Shown here in pieces: positions 1 to 10,899 of a stretch of 64,000 nt of DNA (position 1 is its first letter; each line of letters opens with the position of its first letter). The position numbers and the translations under genes were made by a program. Below the pieces are notes generated by a model that saw nothing but the letters and a program-made list of their open reading frames with translations, ran no database searches and was not told the DNA's origin. The DNA lies in contig CM120642.1 of NCBI GenBank assembly GCA_051362555.1, positions 13,640,001 through 13,704,000 on the forward strand, written 5' to 3'. This DNA is from Lingula anatina (Eukaryota; Animalia; Brachiopoda).

Positions 1-481
1 ATGTTTTACAGTCCTTGAAGAACCCTGTGAAAACCAGGAAGTAGTTTACAACTGACATCTGAATCACACCGAACCACGATCGCTGTGCAATGATTTATCA
101 AGCTATTGAGTTATTTAGCATATACAGACATTGTCTGAGACGTTAGATCTCATACTCGTTTCCTGACAAGTTGCAATTTTTCTACTTTAATAATATTATA
201 TTAAGATTCCATATACATATGTTCAGTAGACTTTGAAATTATGTGCATTACATATTTAACAAACTGTTAGACAAGAGAGATCACGCACGAGGAATTACAC
301 ACGCACACACACACACATACATTTGAATTTCCTACTGATACAACAGAGGGCACATTTACTGTGGTTTACTTCAGTAAGAATGAACCAAGTTCCACTTGGA
401 CAAACGATTCTGCTCGCTTACTTTTGATAAAATAGAAAATAAATGAATAAATTAATATAGGGCCTATATAGGCCTACTGAG

Positions 482-1109
482 AACTAGAAAAGCACTCAGA
501 GAGCGCAGACCCCCGCCAAGACAGCAAAGTCTCCATGCCGTTTCACCCCTAAATTTTCATTCTATAATGATTTAGTATTTTGATTTTTATTATTGATTAT
601 TGATTGATTATTGATCCGGATCACCACCAAAAACTAATCATCTGTTCCTTGGCCCACTTCTGACAGTTCCTGAAAATTTCATCAAAATCGGCCATTACGT
701 AGTTTTTTTATTTTTGATTATTGATTGATTATTGATCCGGATCGCCACCAAAAACTAATCATCTCTTCCTTGGCCCATTTCTGACAGTCCCTGAAAATTT
801 CATTGAAATCGGTCCATAACTTTTTAAGTTATGTTGATGACAGACAGACAGACAGACAGACAAACTAGAAAAGCTCCAGAGAGCGCAGACCTCCGCCAAG
901 GCAGCAAAGTCTCCATCCAATGCCGTTTCACCCCTAAATTTTCGATATTTTTGATTATTGATTATTGATTGATTATTCTAAGTTAACCCATTTCTGACCT
1001 ACCCTGAAAATTCCATCGAAATTCGTCCATTACTTTTTGAGTTACGTTGATGACAAACAAACAAATAAACAAACAGGGGTGAAAACATAACCTCCTTGGC
1101 GGAGGTAAT
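482..1109 (+). mobile_element. Non-autonomous Helentron/HINE-like element, two head-to-tail/nested units (~482-863 and ~863-1109)
   Basis: Both units start AACTAGAAAAGC..CAGAGAGCGCAGAC.CCGCCAAG and carry internal repeats and (ACAG)n/(ACAA)n tracts. The 3' end has the hairpin ACCTCC-TTGGC-GGAGGT, complementary to the subterminal ACCTCCGCCAAGG. It is absent from the paralogous intron of gene A2, and a reverse copy lies at ~12270-12505. The family label is from general architecture only. Confidence 0.7.
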
Positions 1110-1142
1110 GAGTGGAATTATACGTAGCGAAATACTACTCAC

Positions 1143-3405
1143 TGCAGCTTTGGTTTTGGCTTGAGTTGAGTACGTTAGCTGGACACGTGCACTGCGCCTG
1201 TCCATTCTGGTTGACACACCCATATGTACAGTTACTGTCCAAGCACGGGTCACTGGTGTCTTTTACTAATCAATAATGTGGAAATTATAACATTTAGCAA
1301 TAATCAAGTGATTTAAATGGTAAATATGCGGGCTTTCGTGGTAATGGTTCCTGCAATTCAGCTCATTCACTGTAAGTTAATAACATTTAAACATTATGGA
1401 TGGTATTGTGTGTTTCAATAGGGGAGACCGGGGCTAGTGGGACCACGGGGTAAGTTGTTTAAAAAAAAAAAAAACTCAAACTAAAACTAAAACTGAATTT
1501 GTTACTTTCTTTTAAAACGAAAATTTATTATTCGTTTTCATTAATTAGAAACCTGCTTCATACCATTATTAATTAATTCTTTATTAAAACAAAACAAATT
1601 TTATTGATAGATATTTTGGTTCTTGCAACACATACAACGTGACGTACGGAAACCTCAATAAATCTGCCTCGTTTGAACTATTTATTCATCAAAGACTCTC
1701 AAAAATCAATTTAATAAATTTAAAATGTATAGTATAAAAATGTATTTCAAAGCGTTTACATGGGATATTTACTTCATTTTTGTATGACGTCAACTGCGTT
1801 TTTTGTCAAATTATGAGCCATCTGGCATTATATTTGAAAAATAATGACGTTGCATGCGTAACTTAGTTCATGGGCTTATTTTGAAACCGGTTTTGTTACT
1901 CTAACTCATTCCTAGTTGGCTTTACAAGGCCAAAAGTGTCTAACTGGGCCAACTAGCCCCGGTTTGCCCTATCTCATATTTTACAAATGGCAAAATTATA
2001 CACAGAAACGAACAGTAACATGCTGATTTGTTTTCGTGGGCTAGTCGCGCCTACAGAAGGTCACACTACGACAATGATGATGCATATTTGTACACGTGGT
2101 AATGGGTAAACAGAACCATTATACCTATTGACATCATAAATACAAGTGAAAGAGAGCATGGTAGAGTGGCAGACGAATTTTAAATCACACCTGCACAGAA
2201 TGCCCTGTTACAGAGGTATTGCAGATTTGGCAGCTGGTACACGTAGTATCCTCCTGGGCACTTCTTCACCTTGGCATATTCATATTGTTGAAGATGTGAA
2301 TGATGAGAGCTGGTAGCACACGTATAGGAGGAATAGTATGTGCACAGTCGCCGCGACACTATGCCATTGTTGACCTTTGGATGGCCACCGGACAACCAGA
2401 TAGGGTAGTAAGTGCCGCAATGGTTTTGTGAAGGTGCCTAGGAGAGGGCATTTACAGTTTCAAACATTTAAAAGGCCACTTAAAATAAAATGCATTCAGT
2501 TTATAGTTAATTAAGACGCAATTTGCATGAATTTTGGCTTATACTGTATGATCCCTAAGAGGCTTAAAATGCCCAGTAGGCCCCTATACCTGTAAAAATA
2601 GTCCAAGCACACCTACTTTTATTACGGCAGTGCTGAACTGAACTAACCTGTGTGTGTGTGCGCGCGCGCGCGTGTGTGTTTGTGTGTGATGAAGAAATGC
2701 GGAAAAGTTATATATTTAAAAAGATTAGAAAAACACCACTGTACCGAATCAGGCATCTTGTTGCCAGCCCTCCCCATGAAGCGGTACCAGCCATGCCAGC
2801 GGTGAATGGTGTCACAGAAAGATTTTCGTCCGTTTATGTTCCTCCATTCGTCAGTTATGGGTTGATAGCTGTGACAAGGGTCTTCTGTTAAATCGAGACG
2901 ATTTGTTAATAGAAATCATGATCTGCTATGTAAGTTATGTTCAAAAACGATTTTGTTCAATCTACTGTATGTAGAGTAAAGAGATGTTTAATATCAAACC
3001 CTTTGGCCCATTTCAAAACGACTGAAAATATTAGGTTAAATTCCCACTGCTTAACTCGAACAGCTTACTAAATAAAGTTCCGATATTGGTCTTGAATTGG
3101 ATCGCAAAAATATAGTTAACGTGTCGAAAAATTCCATTGTTACCTTGCGGAGTTAGAAAAAAATCAGAGTCGGCTAAACAAGTGAATATGCGTTCCGTGT
3201 GTATTAATGGGCTACACCAATGTACAATTCTAAGCTAATTTTGATTTGCAACTAAGATCCAATTGTGAATTTCTCAACTGAAGAAAAAAATCATCAAGGT
3301 GAATGCAAATATCAAGGTACATATGGTTTACCTACCGCTTGCTCTAACAGGGTCACCTAAAACTCCTATGAGCAGTAATAACACCTGATACCGTGCGTCT
3401 ATCAT
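1143..3405 (-). CDS. Gene A1 (5' part): secreted uromodulin/GP2-like D8C/D10C + EGF protein; remaining exons not seen in the window
   Basis: Exons 3405-3336 (signal peptide MIDARYQVLLLLIGVLGDPVRAS), 2884-2745 ([34 protein letters not shown]), 2437-2191 ([32 protein letters not shown]) and 1265-1143 ([19 protein letters not shown]). All have GT-AG sites and compatible phases and match exons 1-4 of A2. Confidence 0.85.
1421..1969. mobile_element. MITE, TA-target Tc1/mariner-pogo-like, in A1 intron 3
   Basis: Imperfect TIRs GGGGAGACCGGGGCTAGTGG / CAACTAGCCCCGGTTTGCCC flanked by TA at 1419-1420 and 1970-1971. The paralogous A2 intron (~45175-45195, TTTCAATGTCTCA) shows the empty site. Confidence 0.8.
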
Positions 3406-3612
3406 GTTGCAGGTTATATCGTAAAATGATGACGGTAACAACGGTGTTAATATATGACGATATGCGACCCGACGTGTCAACCAATAAAATTAATAATTCA
3501 AAGTTGAAAAAAGATATTTAAATTGAACGTTTTTGTATTGGACGGCCGATGGTTAAATGTAAACTGATGTACAGTATTCAGTTAAAATAGATCATTCACC
3601 AGTTGTTTAAGG
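3406..3612. promoter_or_regulatory. Putative compact bidirectional promoter of A1/B1
   Basis: 207 bp between divergent ATGs (3405 on -, 3613 on +). CCAAT at 3481-3485 and ATTGG at 3537-3541, flanked by TATA-like AATATATGA (~3449) and TTAAATGTAAA (~3553). The same motifs and spacing recur at 46950-47153. Confidence 0.65.
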
Positions 3613-5481
3613 ATGCTGACGTTTGTTTTGCTCTTTTTATGTGTAGCCAAATTAGTAGTTGCGTTAACAAGGGGTATGTTTTTAAAAGGGATTGCACATT
3701 CTTATGTCTAAATTTAACTCAAAATGATTTTTAAAATCACCGTGATGTAGGCCTACCATTAGTGTATCTCTAAACAAAATCTGTACATTATTTGCACACC
3801 TCCTTAAAAAAGTTGGGGTTATTTTAATGCGAACAACTTTGTTAAAACTCGCTGTCTAATTGATTTCAGATAGCCCTTGCGACTATTACATTGAACTGTA
3901 TGGACCTTGGAGGAAAACCAGCTACAGCAGTTCTAGATATTATTATGACGTATATGGGATGTCAAGCGATTGGTTTCGCATCACAGGAGAAGCGGGAAAT
4001 AAGGTGGCAAACATGGTAGGAAAAGTATTCGAAGAATATCGTTTTTGTTAAAGAACGCCCATGCAAATGATTTTGGTTATTTAAGAATCTGAACAATGAT
4101 CATTGCGCATATCATAATACACTTACCTATAACCGTATACAAGTTTGCTTTTAAAACATTTCTTCCACATAACTGCAATAAATGTCGTGATTTTAACAAA
4201 AATATGTTGTATTGCTACATGTAAGTTGATTATATCTAGGATCCCAAATATTTTGGATCCTGGATTATATATACAATATTTACTTTTTTTGATACATTGT
4301 ACATTTTTGAGTGATTTAACAACAACTCTAATATAATGGTTGTTGATTAGAGTAACTATACCAATTTAAAGTTAAATTTTACAAGAATATTTTATCTGAA
4401 TTTAGTCGTACCTCCTTCCTATTCTTATTGGATAAGCCAAGCGTGTGGTAATCCAGTTTCATTCTTTTTCATTGTTCTATTACAGTATCTAAAGAAGGTA
4501 AGGAATTGACATGATTAAGAAACCCAAATAAAATACGCCTTGCGTATAGTAGTAATAAAGTTACACAATTAAACTGCAGAAGAAGATAATTATCAAGTTT
4601 CAACAAACAACATTATACTGTTTTTTTTTTCAAAGTGTCCTTCCTTCAACTACTGTGGAGCCCATTACCCGATGTGGATGCTAGGGGATCACCCTACAGC
4701 GGCTGAGGGAATAGTCAAACACACACTTTGCACCAGATCCTCCTCCAGCTACTGCTGCACCACTCCTAGTGAGAACTCCATATTTGAAGGGGACGTCATT
4801 TACGTAAAGAAATGTCCAGGTGGATATTATGTGTACAGGATACCTAATCTAAAACACTGGGGCGGCAGAGCTGTATGCTCAGGTAAGTTTAAATTATGCC
4901 AAAACAATAAGACGTACAGTGTGTACAGGTGGGAATGGGGTGAACTGACATGTGACGCGAGCTGGACGTGACACAAACTAGAGCGCGCGCGTGTGCTTGA
5001 CTAAAAGTGTTTGTGCATACCGGCATTCACATGTGATTGCAAAATTGTTTCATCAAAGGCCTGTCAGGAAGTCACTGAAACAACTTTCTCCGCAGTACAG
5101 TGATCCAAACTGAGCTATGATACGTTTTAGTAAATGTCACTGCATGCAGAAAGACATTTTCTGTTTCAGTGAAGGACAGCAGTGACCCGTGCCTGGACAG
5201 TAACTGTAAATACGGCTGTGTTAACAACAATGGGAATTTTGAGTGCACCTGTCCGCCTGATATGGTCAAGTCTGGGGATAATTGTGGTCAGTTCTGTTTA
5301 CCTTCTGTTTTTGAGGGAGTTTTAAGGGTGCATAAAACAAGCGGCTGACGTTTGATAACTCTCACGTTAGTCATGGCAATTCTGTAAAATATCTCTTTAT
5401 TCTGCTAAATGGTATTGCCTTTGGCACATAGAAGGCATTGAACCGAATCGAATTTGACTAAACTCGTGACATAAACAAAAC

Positions 5482-5516
<35 letters not shown>

Positions 5517-8228
5517 TCCGCTACCTGTGTTATCCGTCTGAAATGCTGTATTCACAAATAAATGTTTTCTCTAGTGTTACCATGCCAAGTCAACAACCCT
5601 GGCTGCAGTCATAAATGCGTCAACCAAGCTGATGGCACAACTACTTGTCGCTGTCCATTTTACCTGACTCTGGGCACAAACAACAAGACGTGCAGTGAGT
5701 AGAAAGATACAGATAAAATTACCATAGCTCATATTACACAGTGCATGATGGACTATGAAATGTACCATAATATAACCAGTGGTGTAAAATGTTAAAACAC
5801 CCCCGTTCTCATTACTGTAGCTCGACATGCAGTATTTTGTGTGCTTTGATCCATGCGTTATCACCTATTTTCAGTAAGCAAGTGTCAGACCAACAATGGC
5901 GGTTGCAGTGATTATTGTCACGAAGACGGACAAGGCGATGTCGCCTGTAGCTGTCCGGCAAATCTGGTACTCGCCACAGACAGGAAAACATGCAGTATGG
6001 ACGTTCACTTGTTTTTCAAATATCATTCTTTCACGTTGCTGTTAGTCTATCAGCATAATTTAAAATTGTGTGTTAAATTTTGTGTTAATTTTTACTAAAC
6101 AGCTCTTGTTAAATATACTTATTGTAAAACATAATTCTCAATTTAGCCACTATTTTTATTATTCTATCAATTAATTTTGAGACATGGATAAAATGTTAAA
6201 TTTTAATCTATTAAAGATTTTGATTCCTCTCTTCAGAAACCTCTTGCACTATCAACAATGGTGACTGCAGTCACGGGTGCAATGACACAGACAAAGGTGT
6301 CGTCTGCGATTGTCCTCCCAATTTAAAAATGGGGGATGATATGAAAACATGTGGTATGTCAGCTTTTTTAATCCAGTTATAAACAAGATTCACAGGTACA
6401 AATATTATAAGAGCAGATGTGGAAATAACACACACAAATGATAAAATGAAAAGTGTGTTAAAGTGAATATTTCTGAATATTCATAGGGAAAGTTTTTTGT
6501 CATACCATTGGCTTATTAACTAAATTTTCTTCTTGACTAAAATTTGCTATTTCCATGTTGAAAAACTAAATTATATTTGCTGCAGTCTGAACCATGTGTA
6601 AAATATAATCTACATTGTATTTAGACAAGGATGTGAACGAATGTCGGAACCAAACCACACCATGTTCCAAATACGCTGACTGTACCAATACGTTCGGGAG
6701 TTACACATGTACCTGCAAACTTGGATACTTTGGGGACGGCTTCCAATGTTTAGGTGGGACAAGATACGGAGGACGGTTTAGATATCAATTGGGCCATTTT
6801 AAAATTATTAATTTGATACGACATATTAATTGGATTATACGAAATCAAAGAAATATCCCGCACGCAAACGAAGTAGATACTCCAGCTCAGTAGACTACTG
6901 CAATTCTACTGCAAACATGCTTCAAATCTGCTTCGACTGCGGAGCTAATTAGCATATTTGAAACATGCTTCTATCATGCTGCAAATCTACTGCATTAATG
7001 CTCCTCCTCTGTACAACCCTATGTAATTTTTGAAGTAGAATTGCAGTAGGCTATGCTGCATTTCTACTGCAAATATGCTCCACACCACTACTGCGTTAAT
7101 GCTTCTTTGCTACTTCGATACTACTGGATTTTCGTGCGGGATATGTTAAAGGATCACATAAATGAATGAGATATTTCATTGTAAGCCTATATTTATAGAA
7201 TTATCTTGTTGAAAAAATATAATAAATTATTGTTTACAGTTCCGACTCTTATTTTTCATTTTAACATCGCAGTCATAGTTTTTCTCATTCTGTACTTCAG
7301 AGGAGAAACCCACTGATCCGACAACCAAAAGGTGAGATCATATTATTTTCAAACGGTTCTAGTATATGGCAACAATATTTAATGCTTGTATCCTTTCAAT
7401 TCTCAGTGCATTTACGTTTTCATCCGCTACAATTCTTAAGATGACCCACATACAAGATAACGATGTTTGTTTTAGCCTACTGGGATCAATAGAAGAGCTT
7501 GAATGACAAAGATCAATGTATTTTCAGGAGATGCATAAACGGTACATTAACTTATTTTAGAAATTTATTTTTTCTTTGTGTCGTCACCAGATAACATGTA
7601 AGCTGTTGTACATGTAGGTTACCAAAAACCAATATTCACTAATAATATTTACAGGTGCGAATGTCGTCTGAGGGCAGAGATAAACAGCACGGCCCCCGGT
7701 GCCATACTCTACGAGTTCCCCACCCTAATCTACGGGTTTCAGGGGCTCTGGGTGCTGGAATCAAACGCCACTGTCCCTGTCCCGATTACTGACCGCTTTC
7801 CAGATTTCTACAAAACCCGGCTGGTGCGACGTGAACTTAAGTTACCTGATCTCTACACTTGTCTACGCGTTCTTAGAGACTGTCCTTTTGATTGCGAGAG
7901 ACTTGCTAAATTAACCTTAGGAGACGAAGGACTTGCCAAGAAATTCCCGGTTAAGAACTCTGCTGGCGTCGACGTTAAGAAGTCTTTGGGACAGATTTCT
8001 TGCGAGCGTTTCGGTAAAGATTTCCTTACCCCTGGCAAACGTGTGGTGACATTCTACAGCTCCCCTCGTGAGTGCGGCAAAGAGGCGTCCACCCATGCGT
8101 TTGACCAACGGCTCTGCTGTACTAACTACAACGTTTCCGACATCGGTTCATTTAATGCTTGGAATAAGAATTGTACCGAAAGAATGAAGTTAGTTGATGT
8201 CCTGCCTAAATCTGTTGGAGCACATTGA
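3613..8228 (+). CDS. Gene B1: secreted D8C/D10C + 4 EGF + Ca-binding EGF + unassigned 10-Cys C-terminal domain (~553 aa)
   Basis: Ten GT-AG exons: 3613-3673 (signal [20 protein letters not shown]), 3870-4015, 4636-4882, 5170-5286, 5575-5694, 5875-5994, 6237-6353, 6625-6753 ([17 protein letters not shown]), 7301-7331 and 7655-8228. They sum to 1662 nt with consistent phases and an open frame to TGA. Confidence 0.9.
6857..7140. mobile_element. Short non-autonomous DNA transposon (CCC..GGG termini; CMC/EnSpm-like or piggyBac-like) in B1 intron 8
   Basis: TIRs CCCGCACGCAAA / TTTTCGTGCGGG flanked by ATAT on both sides, with internal repeated CTACTGCA motifs. It is not present in B2 intron 8. Confidence 0.65.
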
Positions 8229-8576
8229 ATTGTAGGCCTATTCCTCAGTGAAATTCGTATAGGCACTTATCGATATCTTTCGATACAAAGTTTCATTTAA
8301 TCTAGACAACAGATACGCAAGAGTGTAGTTATTCGGATACAGATTCATGTGTAATAAATTATTCAGTTCACTTGGAGTATTGACTGAGTGCTGTGTAAGG
8401 CTCATAGCGAAGTCTTTTAAACTTGGTAGGCTTACATTCTCGTGTACATTGGATACATTTATGTACATGTATCTCCAAATTATTACTTAGAAATGTAAAC
8501 AAAATTTGAAAATACATATCGAATAGCTAAAAAATATTTACAGTGTTTGACTTATTTTAGTGTAAATCTTTAGCAT

Positions 8577-8700
8577 CAGGTCAGGGCAGGTCAGGTCGCT
8601 CCCGTAGCCTCACGGCCGTTGGGGCACTTTGATGAGTTCACAATTTTCCTCCATCCCTCGCGGTCCCTCGCCAGTCTGACACAAGTCGTTGTGTTTCGCT
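8577..8700 (-). mobile_element. 5'-truncated RTE-type LINE 3' end with 10-bp target-site duplication
   Basis: TSD TCTTTAGCAT at 8567-8576 and 8701-8710. The minus strand reads ..CVRLARDREGWRKIVNSSKCP.. (A.DR..WR motif typical of RTE ORF C-termini), followed by a (CCTGA)n tail. Confidence 0.75.
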
Positions 8701-9930
8701 TCTTTAGCATAATATATTTTATAATAAGCAAGTGTCAATAGCTAATGGATTGAAATGTTTGAAAATGCCGCCTTTAGATTATTAAAAAACTGAGACGCAC
8801 GACACTGCAAAGTGTTCTAAATTGCAACATATTTTCAAAAGCTTTCTTTGCGGCAAGGGGAGGAAGGTTGTTGCGCTGCTGCCCTTTCTATCTATGAAAT
8901 ACATTTTTTCATACACGTTTTTTTTTTCTCCTTTGTGATAATCAGACCAAAAGCCAAATATATACAAACAATTTCGAGGACCAAGTGCCATGTTCTTCGA
9001 GGAAACTGTTTTCTTATCCTCTGTGACTTGTTACATGTAATACCACAGTAAACTTTCTGGACGCCCAGAACCCAAAGTATGTTATTACTACCCAGCTGTA
9101 AAACCACAAGACACAGTCTCTGATAAACTTATCACCTTAGACGGTTGTGGGTATCATCTATCAGCTAGTACTTGCAAAATGATTACTCTAAAGATGCCAC
9201 AATAATCAAGCGCCGATCAGTACAGGCAAGGGGCAACAACGACAATTTATAATATTTGAAAAAAGGCACCAGAGCTTCCTTTGTCACCCCCTCCTCCTCT
9301 ATGTAAAGTAAAACGTGTAAGTTTAATCTAACGGAACACATAGATCACACTCTCCCCGACTGTAACTTAACGAAAAATCTCTATTGCCACTCTTAAACGA
9401 TTTTATATCACGCCGATTTTTAATTTTTCCAAAAGTTTTTTAAAGATATAGGTAATCCGTCAACAATTGTCAAAAAATGATTGACTTGAATGCAAAGCAA
9501 CTGAACATTTTTTAACCGGTTACGTACGTCAAACTTGATTGAGAGAATCGTTAATATGCTCACCTTATCATTACCTATATTAATTATCCATTTTAAAATA
9601 AAAGTGTGATTTAATTACGGTTTATTTTAAAACTGTAGTCAAGAATAGAACCCGCGTTTATAAGATTGGCTTTCAATTTCCTTCCCCTTCTTTATTAATT
9701 CCCTGGCCAGTGTGCATGCATATGCGTGAACTTAAGATGAAACCTGGGGAAAAAAGAGGCAAGCTGGCGCTGTACGATTAATCATGCCTTTTCATCTTTC
9801 ATTCATTTTTCAAAAATCGATTTTGAGCAAAAAAAGGAAAATCTAAAAGTACTTAATGTTTCAAAATGTGGATTATCTGTTTGCCGCACTGTTTCAGAGA
9901 GAGCGAAAGAGAAAGATTTAATGCAACTAT

Positions 9931-10640
9931 TTTTTTGTACAGACACAGATGTGTCTGTACATATAGCCATCATCTGCGTCTGTCGTCGCCGTCGTCGCCG
10001 TCGTCGCCGTGCACTCAGCGATAACACGATAAGTGGAATACCGTTTTACATTTTGTATTCAAATTTACAGAACTGATGAATATTCATAATACGCAGGTCA
10101 AGTTCGAAAATCAGCATGATCGGGCCATTTTTAGGGAAGTTATGCTGTTTTTTCTCTTTTTTTAGCATTATTTTAACACCGATAACACGATAAGTGAAAA
10201 ACCATTTTACTTTTTGGCTTGAAACTTATAAAACTGATGTATATTCATAATATGCAGGTCAAGTTCGAAAATCAGCATGATCGGGCCATTTTTAAGGAAG
10301 TTATGCTGTTTTTTCACTTTTTTCAGCATATATGCAGCACCGATAACACGATAAGTGGAAAACCATTTACTTTTTGGCTTGAAACTTACAAAACTGATGA
10401 ATATTTATAATCCGCAGGTCAAGTTCGAAAATCAGCATGATCGGGCCATTTTTAGGGAAGTTATGCTGTTTTTTCACTTTTTTCAACATAAATGCAACAC
10501 TGATAACACAATATAAGAAAAACAGATAGGCCAATTGTCATTATACTCACAGGAGTAGTCAAACTAACTAAAATGCAGGTTGAGTTCGAAAATCAGCATA
10601 ATCGGGCCTTTATTTTAGAAGTTATGCTGTTTTTTCACAT
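9931..10640. mobile_element. Helentron/HINE-like element carrying ~4 tandem ~161-bp satellite units
   Basis: T-run, then hairpin GTACAGACACA-GA-TGTGTCTGTAC (9937-9960) and a (CGT/CGC)n microsatellite. Units start ~10020, 10181, 10342 and 10502 and share GCAGGTCAAGTTCGAAAATCAGCATGATCGGGCC. Confidence 0.7.
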
Positions 10641-10899
10641 TTCCTCAGATTCAATTCTTAGGCATGTTAACAGTCTCATTATTTAACTAATAAGATACGT
10701 AAAAGTGTTTGTTTGATATTTCCTGCATCTTTACAACATTGTTAATTGACTATGTAAAAATGATTGTAAACTTGTTATCGTGTATTGTGTAATATAGTGT
10801 CAAAAATGGAAATAAACTCATATCATTGCAGTTTGTCAGATGCATTCATCCACTATGTTCAGAATCTCAGAATGGAGGAAGTTGGACATTTAACACTGT

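Noticed and set aside
999-1253. ORFs overlapping real exons in other frames or antisense (also 7853-8108, 18879-19184, 27420-27725, 40638-40927, 51286-51471)
   Set aside because: They are shadows of the spliced exons; the Cys-patterned frame with matching splice phases explains them.
10020-10640. Regularly spaced repeats superficially like a CRISPR array
   Set aside because: Whole ~161-bp units are repeated with no unique spacers, there are no cas genes, and the context is eukaryotic.
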